Under the pieces are notes generated by a model. It was not told where the DNA came from and did no database searches. It saw only the letters and a program-made list of their open reading frames with translations. Below, piece after piece: positions 53,149 to 64,000 of a stretch of DNA of 64,000 nucleotides (position 1 is the stretch's first letter; each line of letters begins with the position of its first letter). A program made the translations under genes and the position numbers. The stretch is from assembly GCA_965644295.1 (NCBI GenBank), contig CBFFRP010000281.1, positions 248,001 to 312,000 on the forward strand, read 5' to 3'. This DNA is from Paraphysomonas bandaiensis. Taxonomy: Eukaryota > Protista > Chrysophyceae.

Positions 53149-54640
53149 ATGAAGTCGACCTTTTTTATTCTAATCGGGTTATATATCTTACAACTTATCA
53201 GCGCAACATCCGCGCCAACTATCTCACCCGCACCAAGTATCTCACCCGCGCCAAGTATCTCACCCGCGCCAACTAATGAACCATCAGGAAGACCTTCAGG
53301 TCAGCCCACAGGTCAACCCACTGGTCAACCCACTGGTCAGCCAACATGCGTGCCAACAGGTCAACCCACTGGGCAACCCACTGGGCAACCAACAGGTCAA
53401 CCGACAGGACAACCCACTGGTCAACCCACTGGTCAGCCAACATGCGTGCCAACGGGACAACCCACTGGTCAACCCACTGGGCAACCATCAGGTCAGCCTA
53501 CAGGACAACCCACTGGTCAACCCACTGGTCAGCCAACATGCGTGCCAACGGGACAACCCACTGGTCAACCCACTGGGCAACCATCAGGTCAGCCTACAGG
53601 ACAGCCCACTGGTCTACCAACAGGTCAGCCCACTGGTCAACCCACTGGAGAGCCGACAGGACAACCTACATGCATTCCAACAGGTGAACCTAGTGGCCAA
53701 CCAACGGGACAGCCAACGGGACAACCTACATGCATTCCAACCGGTGAACCTAGTGGTCAGCCTACTGGACAACCTACAGGTCAGCCAACATGCATTCCAA
53801 CTGGACAACCGACAGGTCAACCCACTGGACTACCCACTGGTCAACCCACTGGTCAGCCTACTGGACAGCCTACTGGACAGCCTACTGGGCAACCTACAGG
53901 GCAGCCTACTGGTCAGCCAACTTCTATTCCGTCCAGTGCTCCTTCGTATGTGGAGGAACCATGGGGCCAAGTGACGTGGGATATGCGTCGCCACCGACAT
54001 TCTGGCATGTGCGAGAATGGGTGTTCTGGTCACGGCACCTGTGAGAGAAACAACAACTGCAAGTGCTATACAGACCGAGGGGGGGAGTTGGCATGGACAG
54101 GGCCAGATTGCTCCCTTCGACGATGTCCCAGTGATTATGCATGGGTGGGGTCCGTTGTGGGGGCCAATGACTTGCACCCATGGGTGGAATGCTCCAATAA
54201 AGGAACATGTGATCGAACTACTGGTATGTAATGTATATTTATAATTAATCAATACGTATATTCCTAATTGATATGTAGGTGATTGTCATTGCTTTACTGG
54301 TTACGATGGAATAGCATGTCAGCGATCAGTTTGTCCCAACAATTGCAATGATCGCGGAACGTGTTGGCCTGAATGGCTTTTGGCAGATCGTGCGGGTAGG
54401 GTGTATGACACACCTTGGGATGCTGCTAAACAAGTTGGATGTGTGTGCGATGCTGGATATCGCGGGGCTACGTGCGAACTGCAGGAGTGTCCATCCGGCC
54501 CAGATCCTATGGGTGGGTATGGTAACGAAGCAGGGAGAGATTGTTCAGGCAGAGGGGTGTGCGACTATACCACTGGGAAGTGTTCATGCTTTATTGGATA
54601 TTACGGCACTCGTTGCCATCGTAAAACAACAGTTCTTTGA
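53149..54640 (+). CDS. Secreted PT-repeat plus EGF-like protein B, intron 54224-54278
   Basis: Divergently oriented paralogue of protein A with a nearly identical EGF region and intron. Confidence 0.85.
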
Positions 54641-55109
54641 AGTGCTGATGTGTTATTAATTTATATTGTTTTTATGATAGTGCTTAACGTTATAGATGAC
54701 GCTGCAAATTCATGAGAAAATTCATAATGTGTAGATTTAGAGGAGTTGTGCGCACAATTTGAAGTTTTTTAGTATTATACATTTAAGAAATGCAAAGTTC
54801 TTCGATGCCATGAGATTGAATTATTGGGATTTATCGTTCAATTTTGCCACAGTTTTCTGAAGTACACACGCTCTTTCTGTCAACTACGAAGCCCCTGTCA
54901 TTGCATGAGCTCAATTTTCCGGCTTTACATTATACAAGAACAAGAATGAAGCATTATCCAAAACACCTACCCTCCTCCAGCAGGGGATGCTTAGTATGTG
55001 GCACTATCTACCATGTGCTGACGTGGTCGTGCCTGTTAGGTCTACGTAACAGTACATATGATAAGATGATAAACAGATGTTGAAAAGGACGTATGTTCAC
55101 CAAACGTGT

Positions 55110-56150
55110 AAAAGTCTTATTTTAGCAGTAGGCGTCAAGAACCAACACCAGATAAGTTGTTCAATGAAGACTAGTCTAGCGAGATCGACCACTGCCCCAT
55201 TCAGAGCGCGTACTTAGGTAGAGCCGTGTGGGGGCCGGGCGGGTACCTAACTAATACTTAATTAAAGTCCCATACGTTATTCGCTAGCTACCTACTGAAC
55301 CCAACTAGCTACATCATTATCACACGGTAGTCAGCGCTGAGTATGCAGTGAGAACCCGGGAGGGGTAGCGCTGAACTATGCAATGTGTACATAGATAGAA
55401 GTGCGTGGTCGCAACACTCAGTAGTACTAGAGGGCCGCATGCAGCGATTAGTTACGCTGTCAATATGGGGCAGTATCGCCAGACGTGTATCCAGTCTGTG
55501 GAATGTGTGATATGTTTGTCGGGGAAGGAGGTGTTCTAGAAGTGGCGCCGACAGCTGAAGTTTGTCAGCTAGTGGCCGTATGTCTCTACTTGTCGTGTTA
55601 GTTTCCATGGATCCATTAAAGTCGCCTGAAATTATTACAGTATGGTCCCTGGCTCGGGCTTTGTGACCCGTTTGGTGATATTGCAGAGGAAGGAGATCGT
55701 AGGGGGTGACAGGATTGGAGCCCCGGGTAGTCTTCCCTAGTGTGGTCAACTTACTCCATAACGTACAGCAAATGACGTCGATGGTTTCGGCGGTAAATAG
55801 ACACTTATTATGACGAGAGTGTGCGTAGAGGAAGTTCTGAACTCAAGTCGCCCCACCATACCAAGTCCAGTGAAGTCTGGCTTGGTATAGGCGAGTCGGC
55901 GTTTCCAGCATTCACTGATGATAACAGCTGTGCCTCACAGTGCAGTGTGTGGGATCCCATCCATCTTCTTCGGTCGAATACATACCAGCTACAGGGATGA
56001 TATGTGCCCCCCACACCCTCTCCTCTCCAAACACTTTATATGCGATATTAAGTCAACTATACTGTCTCCTGACTGGCTAGTGTATCCCAGTGATGTGCAT
56101 ATAGCGATCGATAGCCCATCAGAGGGCTCAGGGCCTTCACTCTTATTACT
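55110..56150 (-). mobile_element. Degenerate non-LTR retrotransposon (APE endonuclease remnant)
   Basis: Broken frames carry LVIISVYLPP, IISGDFN and TYHTFHR. Ends in the R3 terminal motif at 55110-55150. Confidence 0.6.
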
Positions 56151-56877
56151 CCATACACAGGGTGTAATAGTAAGAATGAGTGAAGATAATGTTAACATAC
56201 TCCATTCCAAAGATAGTGTGTATGTTTCTGATTGTATTGGTGTATGTCATGATGAGTTGTGGTGTTGTAATTACTTTCATATATGTATATGTCGGAATAT
56301 CATATCAGTTCAAGGGCATTATAGGAATACATATCTATACATCTGTACTCTGCTGTATAATGACCCATCCTTAATCTTCTTTTTTTTTACGTATACTATT
56401 TTTCTATAGTTTTGGAATCCAGATTTCCACACAAATAGCGTATTTCTAAAGAAATTCTCCAATAAAATTATTTTAAAGCAGAAACCACATTAGGAGTTTA
56501 TGATCATGCTGGAGTGGAGCTGAAAACTCCATTATACTCTACAAACTTCACTGCATTATATCCCTTGAAAATGCATATCAATAACTTTTCTTCTTGGTTG
56601 TTTCCTGTATCATGACCCAACACACTACACTCCATCTTGGAGGGACACTTGGAGTCATATTCACTGACACATACGACCGAACTTCAAAAAAAAAAAGTTC
56701 TTCAATATATTTCTTCATTGTTTAATTTATATATACAACAGTATGGAGTATGTGTATGTATAGGGACACTATCACTATTAATCTATTAAATCCTTTCAAA
56801 ATCAGTCATTTCATAAGCATCTTACTGTAGAATGATATGAATATATAGAGATAGTTCACAAAACTGTATTATGTTTA

Positions 56878-57909
56878 ATGAATAATATTCTTTACTATTT
56901 CATCACAGTATTTGTTGTGGTGGTATCGATGTTTCGTCCACTTTATGAGATCAATAATCTCGTTACGAATCATCGTCAATCAGTAAAGTATCGTCGCTGG
57001 ATTCAATGTTTGAGATATATGATTGTGAGTGGAATATCTAACTACTGGAAATCAGTACTATTTCCGCAATGTTTTGGAGCGTGTCTGATTCGTGAGTTAA
57101 TTGTGTACCACATTCTACTTCGTGTTTTATCGAGCATTGTTGTTGTATATGTATGCGATGTATCCACTTCTAGTTTAGCAAAGAGACACGTGGCCATACT
57201 GCTCGTATTTGTTTCCTTGGTTTCTCATTTCTGTATAACAAATGGGTTAAACATCTGTACGGCCGTTCTTGTTCAAGACTGCTTGGGCATTGCTTTAAGA
57301 GGTTTGTTCGTATTGGCATTTGCTTCGGCCGAATATAGATTTTGTTTTGAACTGAGACGGGGTATCCTTGCAAAGCAAAATGCGGCACTATCAAAACTTC
57401 ATCTGAAGGCCCAAAAGGTGTATCAGAGTGACACTATTTCTGATTGGGGTGCAGAACTAACCCATCGCTTACAACGAATCATGAAGGACCTTGCAGATAT
57501 CAGTGTGAGTTTCATGGATATGTGTATATACATGATTTCGTGGGTCGGCCTGGGGTGGCGTTTTCTAACTGGTGTCATGTTTGTACGATCTCTCTTTTCG
57601 TTCTCTTGTGCTACGGTTCTTTTAGCAGCAGATGTAACGGACGAGGTTAATAAGTATGACTGTTACTGTCCGATAAGCATATCCGCACTTGCTCGATTAC
57701 TACGCAAAAATGTTCGTAGAACACGGTCCGCGACTGAGAACGATGTGTGTCCAATATGTTTAAGTGCGCTCAATGCTGAAACTGTTTGGTTGAGCTGTGG
57801 ACATCGTCATATGCTTCATGAAGGCTGCACACTGGCTCTTCTAAGGCATGCAGAAGAGAATGACAAGAATTTGAAGTGTCCTGTGTGCAGAGAGACCTTG
57901 CAACAATAG
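56878..57909 (+). CDS. Multi-pass membrane RING-finger protein (E3 ligase-like)
   Basis: Several hydrophobic segments; C-terminal CPIC..CGHRHMLHEGC..CPVC. Confidence 0.78.
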   Translation: MNNILYYFITVFVVVVSMFRPLYEINNLVTNHRQSVKYRRWIQCLRYMIVSGISNYWKSVLFPQCFGACLIRELIVYHILLRVLSSIVVVYVCDVSTSSLAKRHVAILLVFVSLVSHFCITNGLNICTAVLVQDCLGIALRGLFVLAFASAEYRFCFELRRGILAKQNAALSKLHLKAQKVYQSDTISDWGAELTHRLQRIMKDLADISVSFMDMCIYMISWVGLGWRFLTGVMFVRSLFSFSCATVLLAADVTDEVNKYDCYCPISISALARLLRKNVRRTRSATENDVCPICLSALNAETVWLSCGHRHMLHEGCTLALLRHAEENDKNLKCPVCRETLQQ

Positions 57910-58242
57910 ATGTATTATTGTTTACTCTCGTATTTTGAAGCGACTGTTAATTTTGTATTTATCACGCTGTTCTGCACTTTCTGACTAATATTAGTGAAAG
58001 ATATTGCCATCATCGCAAGAAAAGGTCGCTACCTTGCTTTAATACACGCTACGTAAGTGAAAGCTTGACGCTATTTACTATTTAGTTATATTTAAGCGCG
58101 GGACGATACTCCTTATCTCTAGATTAAATTGTAGCTTATCCTCATGATGTTGAAAACTTAATATTAGATTGTATAGCTATTAGTAGCTTGCTTGCTGTAA
58201 TAAGAAATACGAGTTTCCTGATTATCAGGATTAAGAAAAATG

Positions 58243-58282
58243 GTATGTATGTATGTATGTATGTATGTATGTATGTATGTAT
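58243..58282. repeat. (GTAT)n microsatellite
   Basis: Direct tandem run. Confidence 0.9.
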
Positions 58283-59262
58283 ACTGGCTGTGTATGCTTT
58301 GGGAATATTGCAACTGCACTATAGATCAACTCAAACCCCCAAATTTATAATATATATAGTAACGACAACAAGTATGTACTCTTACCACAGAAGGATACTG
58401 AGGGAATAGCAACTGTGAGGTGTTGAAATTCGTGCATAAGTGTGATGATGAATGTGAACAGTTGTAGTCGCACGAAAGGCTTCTTATTGCTTGCCATTTA
58501 ATTAGCATCATCATCTAATTTATATACAATGCGCTTAACCTCTGCTAGTGCACCTGATTGAATGATGTGAGATGTGTGTTAGAAATTGACATTTCCAGTA
58601 ATAAGGGCTTTTAATTGCTCACAAACAGCAAACTCAACAATGTGAGTAATAATGACATGAGGTATACACAATATCCATATAAGCACAATGTAACCCGAAC
58701 CCTGACAGAGCTGGGTGGTACTGCCCTTTACTACCTATACTCTCCTGAAATAATCTTGAAGTTGTTTCGAAGTTTCGAAATCCTGGTTATGACGGTACAT
58801 CCCTTGCATTGACGGCATTATGATCTTCTACAGCAGACGAAGGATAAAAAAAAAGCTTTTTTGAGGCAAAATGGGGATATATAGATATTAAAATAGCAAA
58901 ATGTTCAGTGCTACTTCGTGATTGATATGAAGACAAAAGATATTAAGAATTGAAAAACTGTTAAAATAATTATTTCTCAAAATTGCAGTTGTAATAACAA
59001 TACCCTGCAGTACGAATAAATCACAGTATAAGTCATGTGACGGCGAGTACTTCATTCGCCGCCTTTCTAAGTATTATACTTGTCTACACAACGTTAAATA
59101 CATCCCAACAGGTCACGATGCTTAATATAACAACGGACTTCGTTATCCTTTTCATGATAGTTAATGAACGCAATAGATAATATAAAACCGATTAAATTCA
59201 AAAGTAGCTGAAAAATAGCAACAATATACCACTTGTTAAGTTGTCTCTGTAATGTTAGAATA

Positions 59263-60703
59263 TCACGGCCGACTGACGATTGGAATTTTAGGAACATCTC
59301 CTTTTATCGCAGCCTCCACCCACCATAGCCCTAACATTCGTATGCTCTGTTTAGCTATTCTTTTACCAGTCCTGTCGGCAATGGTATGACTAAAGCGCAC
59401 ACGGTAGTGGCCCTCTGCAGTGCACCCCAGAACATCTCCACTATCACCAACATATGGACCACCTGTTATTTTTACACGTGATCCCGGCTCTAGATTTAGT
59501 ATAGTCCATCCAGTATTTGTACTACTACCGATTCGTAAGCCATCGCTATCGTACGGCACACGAAAAACATGTTTTCTCACCACTGCTCCGTTTCTATCCT
59601 CCACATTCAGAGTTAATAAGCTGTACTCTGTAAGATATAGACCCATTGATAGAAGCAGCATTTGCATCACGTCATCCAATTTCGCAAATATACGCAAACA
59701 AGCCATGTGGTCATACTGAGTGCGTTGTGTACTGATAATTATACCACCCACAGCAAGGCCACGCTTACTTCTGCTTGCTACAACTTCAAAAACCCTATCG
59801 CTGCTCATACCACACATATTTGTGCCCATGGCAAGGGTAAGATCGGCCTTGTCCTCCCACGCCACTAGGTCCTCAAACAAATCTCCACGAAGACTTCCAC
59901 TCATCGAAACTACTGGATTTGACGGGTCGTACCTTCAAAATATACATCAACGTATTAATGATTGCGTCCTCAATACATATACTGTTCATAAGTAAAGTCA
60001 ATCAATATAGTAAAAATTCTACCACAAAACCAAATACGATGATAGCTTCTTATAATAATAATCTGTGTTTATCTTACCATGCGCCATGAATTTCATTGAT
60101 TAGCTTCTGAGGAAATCCAGCTTTCTGTGGAAGTCCGTCGTGATTTTGTTGTACCCAGTAATGGACAAAACCCGCCTGATAGAGAGACACTAAAGCTCTA
60201 TGAGCAAGAGTTGGCTGGGCGTCAAATCCGGACTGAATATTTTTTCGTTTTACGCAAGCTGATTCTATTTTCGTGGATTTACCACTGGAGAGGCCTGAAG
60301 AAACACCAATACCCGCTCCAGTGTACACGATTGGGTGTTTGGCCTCCTGCAATAACTCACAAAGTAGTGATATCTTCTGTGATAGCACATAGGCATCATC
60401 TTCATATTCATGTGCTTGCTTCGATATATAGCCTGAAATATAGGGTAAGGGAAGACACACAGAGTCCATCAACTTACTAGGATGTAACTCGTCAGATCGA
60501 GATTGTGTTATCTCAAATGGTGCATCCCAATTAGGATTCCCACGAAACCCATGAATTTCTTTCCATCCTCTACTGGCTTCAAGTCTCCCAATAGGACATT
60601 TATTATCATGATATACTGTATGGGGATTGACAGATATATCAGCCTCTTCTACAATATCTTTTTTATCTTTCTCTTGAAGCAGTTGAGATAGATTAGATTT
60701 CAT
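59263..60703 (-). CDS. Sirtuin, class IV (SIRT6/7-like), with C-terminal KOW-like motif; intron 60077-59933
   Basis: IVYTGAGI, AQPTLAH, VQQNHDGL..KAG, EIHGAW|YDPSNPVV, LAMGT, TQRTQYD..LRIFA and KOW-like PGSRVKITGGPYVGDSG. Confidence 0.85.
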
Positions 60704-61094
60704 TATGAATTATAATCAGAATAATTCCAATAGATATTCATATTTATCTCATACCTACACTGTGTATATATATATATATAGAGTGTGTGTGTGAGTGTAT
60801 GTATGTGCTATGACTATATTGAACTTCTTTACAACTTCATACCTAGCTACCTCATACATATACTGTATGTATGTATCAAGATGATAAAGTCCATAGGAAA
60901 TCCTCAATCTTTTTCCATACAACACTTTTATTGGCCAAAAATCACGATCTTTGAAGAAGAAAAGAATTCGAATTTCTGACAGATTTCTTCTTTTTTTTTA
61001 AATATTGCAGTGAATACTGCTGTATACGTACAGTATATGGGACAAGACTGCTGCTCGTACGACGTAGTTGGCTGTATACGGTATACCGCTGTCG

Positions 61095-61236
61095 TATCGG
61101 CTTCCTTCGTATATTTTTGTTCAAAGATGCCTCTAATATTGAGACAACAATTATCTGTATTCCAGCCGTAGTTGCATTGCTATTATATAGAGTATATTTG
61201 CTTCAATTTATTTCCGCAAAATAAGATGCTGCGGTA
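61095..61236 (-). mobile_element. MITE family M1 copy
   Basis: Reverse complement of M1. Confidence 0.78.
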
Positions 61237-62215
61237 TAGAATTACCGTTCTAGCATAAGGATATCCATAACATTGAGATCTAGTCAAGCTGAAGAAGTGC
61301 ATGGAGGGTATGAATGGTGTGGTAAGCTAATGAATAGTGTTCAACAAACCGTAATTTGATGCAAGATTGAGAGTGTATGTTGACTTGATACAGGTTTATC
61401 AGTGGCCATACATTGGACAATACGAGTGATGAACAGGCCAGGCCAGTACATTGGTAGTCTGTGATATAGAAAAATCTTATGCAGTTTAGATGTTACTGTA
61501 GCTTATACCAGTTACTTGATAGAAATTCATAGTTTAGCTGCTGTTACGTGTACTACATCCACCTCCTACACAATAACAATGATGCCGCTTATCATCCCTA
61601 GTCCCGATTAATGAATATTGTTTATGTTAGATATCAAAAGTAGAATTCATATCTTATCACTGAAATGGTCTCTATCAAACAGTATTCTCAAATAGTATTA
61701 TACGGTTGTACTCCATATATGACGTCATGATTGTAAGATGTAAAAAAGAGCTTCCTACTTTTATCCAATTGACAGTTAGCACCAGATTTCAAAATGATAT
61801 AATATTTCTACCCTTAATTCTATATAATTACAGTTAGTATTGTATTTAAAAGGTTATAACTTATATTGGCCAAAATTGCACAAAGTATAGAGTATAACTA
61901 GCCTTACTCTGGCTACATATTCTACTTTCTACTCTACTACAATGCACACGTAATATTTAATTTATAAAGACTGCGGTTACAATGTGCAGCTTTCACATAT
62001 TAGCAATACTTATGGCCTCTATATCTAGTAAACCAACCACGTACCATGTGAATATAAAGTGAAGAATGTCGTCCACAAGAACACGAGTTTTATTCAATTA
62101 AATAGCTTCATCACCAAAAAAATGTTATAACTTCTTCTGAAATATTTTAGTACACACATAAAACAAATATAGCACTGGTATGGTTGTAGTTGAAGTGACC
62201 ACAGTGTCAACTAGA

Positions 62216-62808
62216 TCATGAACTCGTCGCAATATCGTAAGCATGCATGATTAATCCGACCACCATGACAACCACAAATAAGACAACAGTTTGGTGCCAA
62301 AATCGAGTAGAATTCTGTGGTAATAGATAACAACAAAAATCAGATATCGTGCACAAATCAACTCACCCCTGCACCATCAATCACTACTTTCTGCAGTGTA
62401 CCTTCACTGTCACGACCTTTTCTCTCTCCCGCACTTGCTTTACCAGCTTTCAATGCCTATAGCAAGTTGCACATAACTACACATTTAACCGCTGATTACT
62501 ATTTGTCAGACCTGAGGAACAACGAAAATATAGTTTACTAATCCGCCGAACAATGCCACTGAAGAGGAGATAAGAGAGAATGTATCCCCTTTATACAAAG
62601 AGCAACCAAGACATACAAGTAATGGAAATTGAATATATAAGAAAAACCAGCTTGTAATCCTCATTTGTATGACGACAAACTTTTCACGTCCGATAAATAG
62701 TAGAAGCTTAGGAGATTGGACGAAAAAGAAAAACACTGTTGCACCTAGAACTAATCCAAGACATAATATATCCAGCGTAATAATAGCAGCTTGATAATTG
62801 AGTTGCAT
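62216..62808 (-). CDS. Small multi-pass membrane protein (DUF4149/TMEM205-like), 3 exons
   Basis: GATVFFFFVQSPKLLLFIGREKFVVIQMRI and LVNYIFVVPQ. Spliced exons end in FWHQTVVLFVVVMVVGLIMH. Confidence 0.65.
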
Positions 62809-63376
62809 ATTTACGGAAGGTTGTGTTGTGGATCTCTACTATGGATCTGACTTGATATGGTTGATATCCTCATACTACACTGCTGTGTATGATCCTGCCT
62901 CTGCTGTATAGTATACCATACTGCCTGTAGTAGTACATTGTACGTACGTACATATGACAACAGCAGTATATCCGACATTTTGATAAGAAATACTCGTGTT
63001 TATGGGAAAACCCTTATTTCTGGCGTCCCAATATTCATAGAATCCCGAATATACATACTAATGTACGAAAGTCATAGGAATAAAACGGCGTGTACATATA
63101 CATGTATATGGTATAGTGGCAAAGTGGTGTATGTATATATATGAGATGAGGTTTAAACATGGAATAATATACTTATGAAGGTGTTTGTTATCACATGGAA
63201 GGTTCCAGCATATCATTGAAGTGTAACTTCATGTATCAAATGGTTACATTGATAAGTATCTATTGAGAGTAGACAGAGCATTGAGCTACTCATATGTATA
63301 TATATATACATGTATGATATGACAGATTATCTATTTAATATCTAATAGCGAGTGTATTTCTATTAACAATACGAAT

Positions 63377-64000
63377 ATGTCTGGTCTTGATGATGCTAGT
63401 GCTGTGACAGCTAATACAGTTGGTACTGCTGGTTCAGTTTCTGTCGGTACAGCAGGAACTGAACACAACTTGAAAGCACTTCCAAAAAAGCGCTTTAAGT
63501 TTGTAAATCCTTTAGCAGCTACTCAACGGGTATTTGCTCGCAGAAAAGTACGTGAGGAAAGACGTTTATTAAGAAGGGAGGAGTTGATGAAGCAAGATGC
63601 TGAACGATACCTTATGGAGCTTGAAGAAAAGAATACATGGTTAGTATCGGAATTAAGGGAAAGGAACCTCACTCGGATGGTGAGAGAAGAGAATGTGCGA
63701 TATTTTGAAAGTAGAGAGAAGAGGAAGGAAGAAAAGGAACTGCTGGAACGAGAGAAAGAGCAAGGTTTGTCGTACTTCAGGGGACAGATAACTGGATATC
63801 GGAGGTGGCAAAACTCAGCAGCGAAACACTTAGATATAGTCGGACACGAAGGTCCTGTGGCAGCAGTAAAGTTATCTTCGTGTTTAAGGTATATTGTATC
63901 TTGTTCGCAAGATAAGACAATCAAATTATGGGCCCTGCGATCTGGGAAATGTCTCCTCACTTTCAGTGGACATACAAAAAAAGTCAATGACGTCAGTTTT
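63377..64000 (+). CDS. WD40-repeat protein, runs off the window
   Basis: Open frame from the ATG at 63377: coiled-coil-like region, then GHEGPVAAVKLS..IVSCSQDKTIKLW..GHTKKVNDVSF. Confidence 0.85.
   Translation, partial: MSGLDDASAVTANTVGTAGSVSVGTAGTEHNLKALPKKRFKFVNPLAATQRVFARRKVREERRLLRREELMKQDAERYLMELEEKNTWLVSELRERNLTRMVREENVRYFESREKRKEEKELLEREKEQGLSYFRGQITGYRRWQNSAAKHLDIVGHEGPVAAVKLSSCLRYIVSCSQDKTIKLWALRSGKCLLTFSGHTKKVNDVSF

Noticed and set aside
51300-54000. PTGQ arrays as a CRISPR array; long overlapping ORFs on other frames
   Set aside because: These are in-frame coding repeats without unique spacers. The alternative ORFs are shadows of the repeat.

Overview
This is eukaryotic nuclear DNA, not prokaryotic: AT-rich, with many short GT-AG introns (about 50-150 nt) and the standard genetic code. 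Two SIG/OCM-like EGF (mastigoneme-type) genes and a probable axonemal repeat protein point to a flagellated stramenopile (chrysophyte-like; inference). About 19 genes are supported: monomeric IDH, tafazzin, a prokaryote-type ATPase-nuclease, an HD-like protein, JmjC, two PPR proteins, HOP1/HORMAD, a histidine phosphatase, TrmA, an axonemal-type repeat protein, a mucin-like membrane protein, a crotonase, two PT-repeat/EGF paralogues, a RING E3, a sirtuin, a DUF4149-like protein and a partial WD40 gene. Intergenic DNA holds hAT elements with clear TIRs/TSDs, a six-copy TA-flanked MITE, an unclassified ~430-bp repeat family, and LINE and Gypsy remnants. Most notable: (1) an intronless ATPase-PD-(D/E)xK gene with a C-terminal membrane anchor inside a tandem-duplication scar; (2) a ~300-bp-arm palindrome of Gypsy protease sequence bracketed by inverted MITEs; (3) ApT-rich islands at gene 5' ends plus a recurrent TACWGCWGTA upstream motif, suggestive of a 6mA-type promoter architecture; (4) a head-to-head EGF gene pair with homogenised 3' halves; (5) a zinc-less class IV sirtuin. 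All family calls come from motif recognition by eye; no database search was run.
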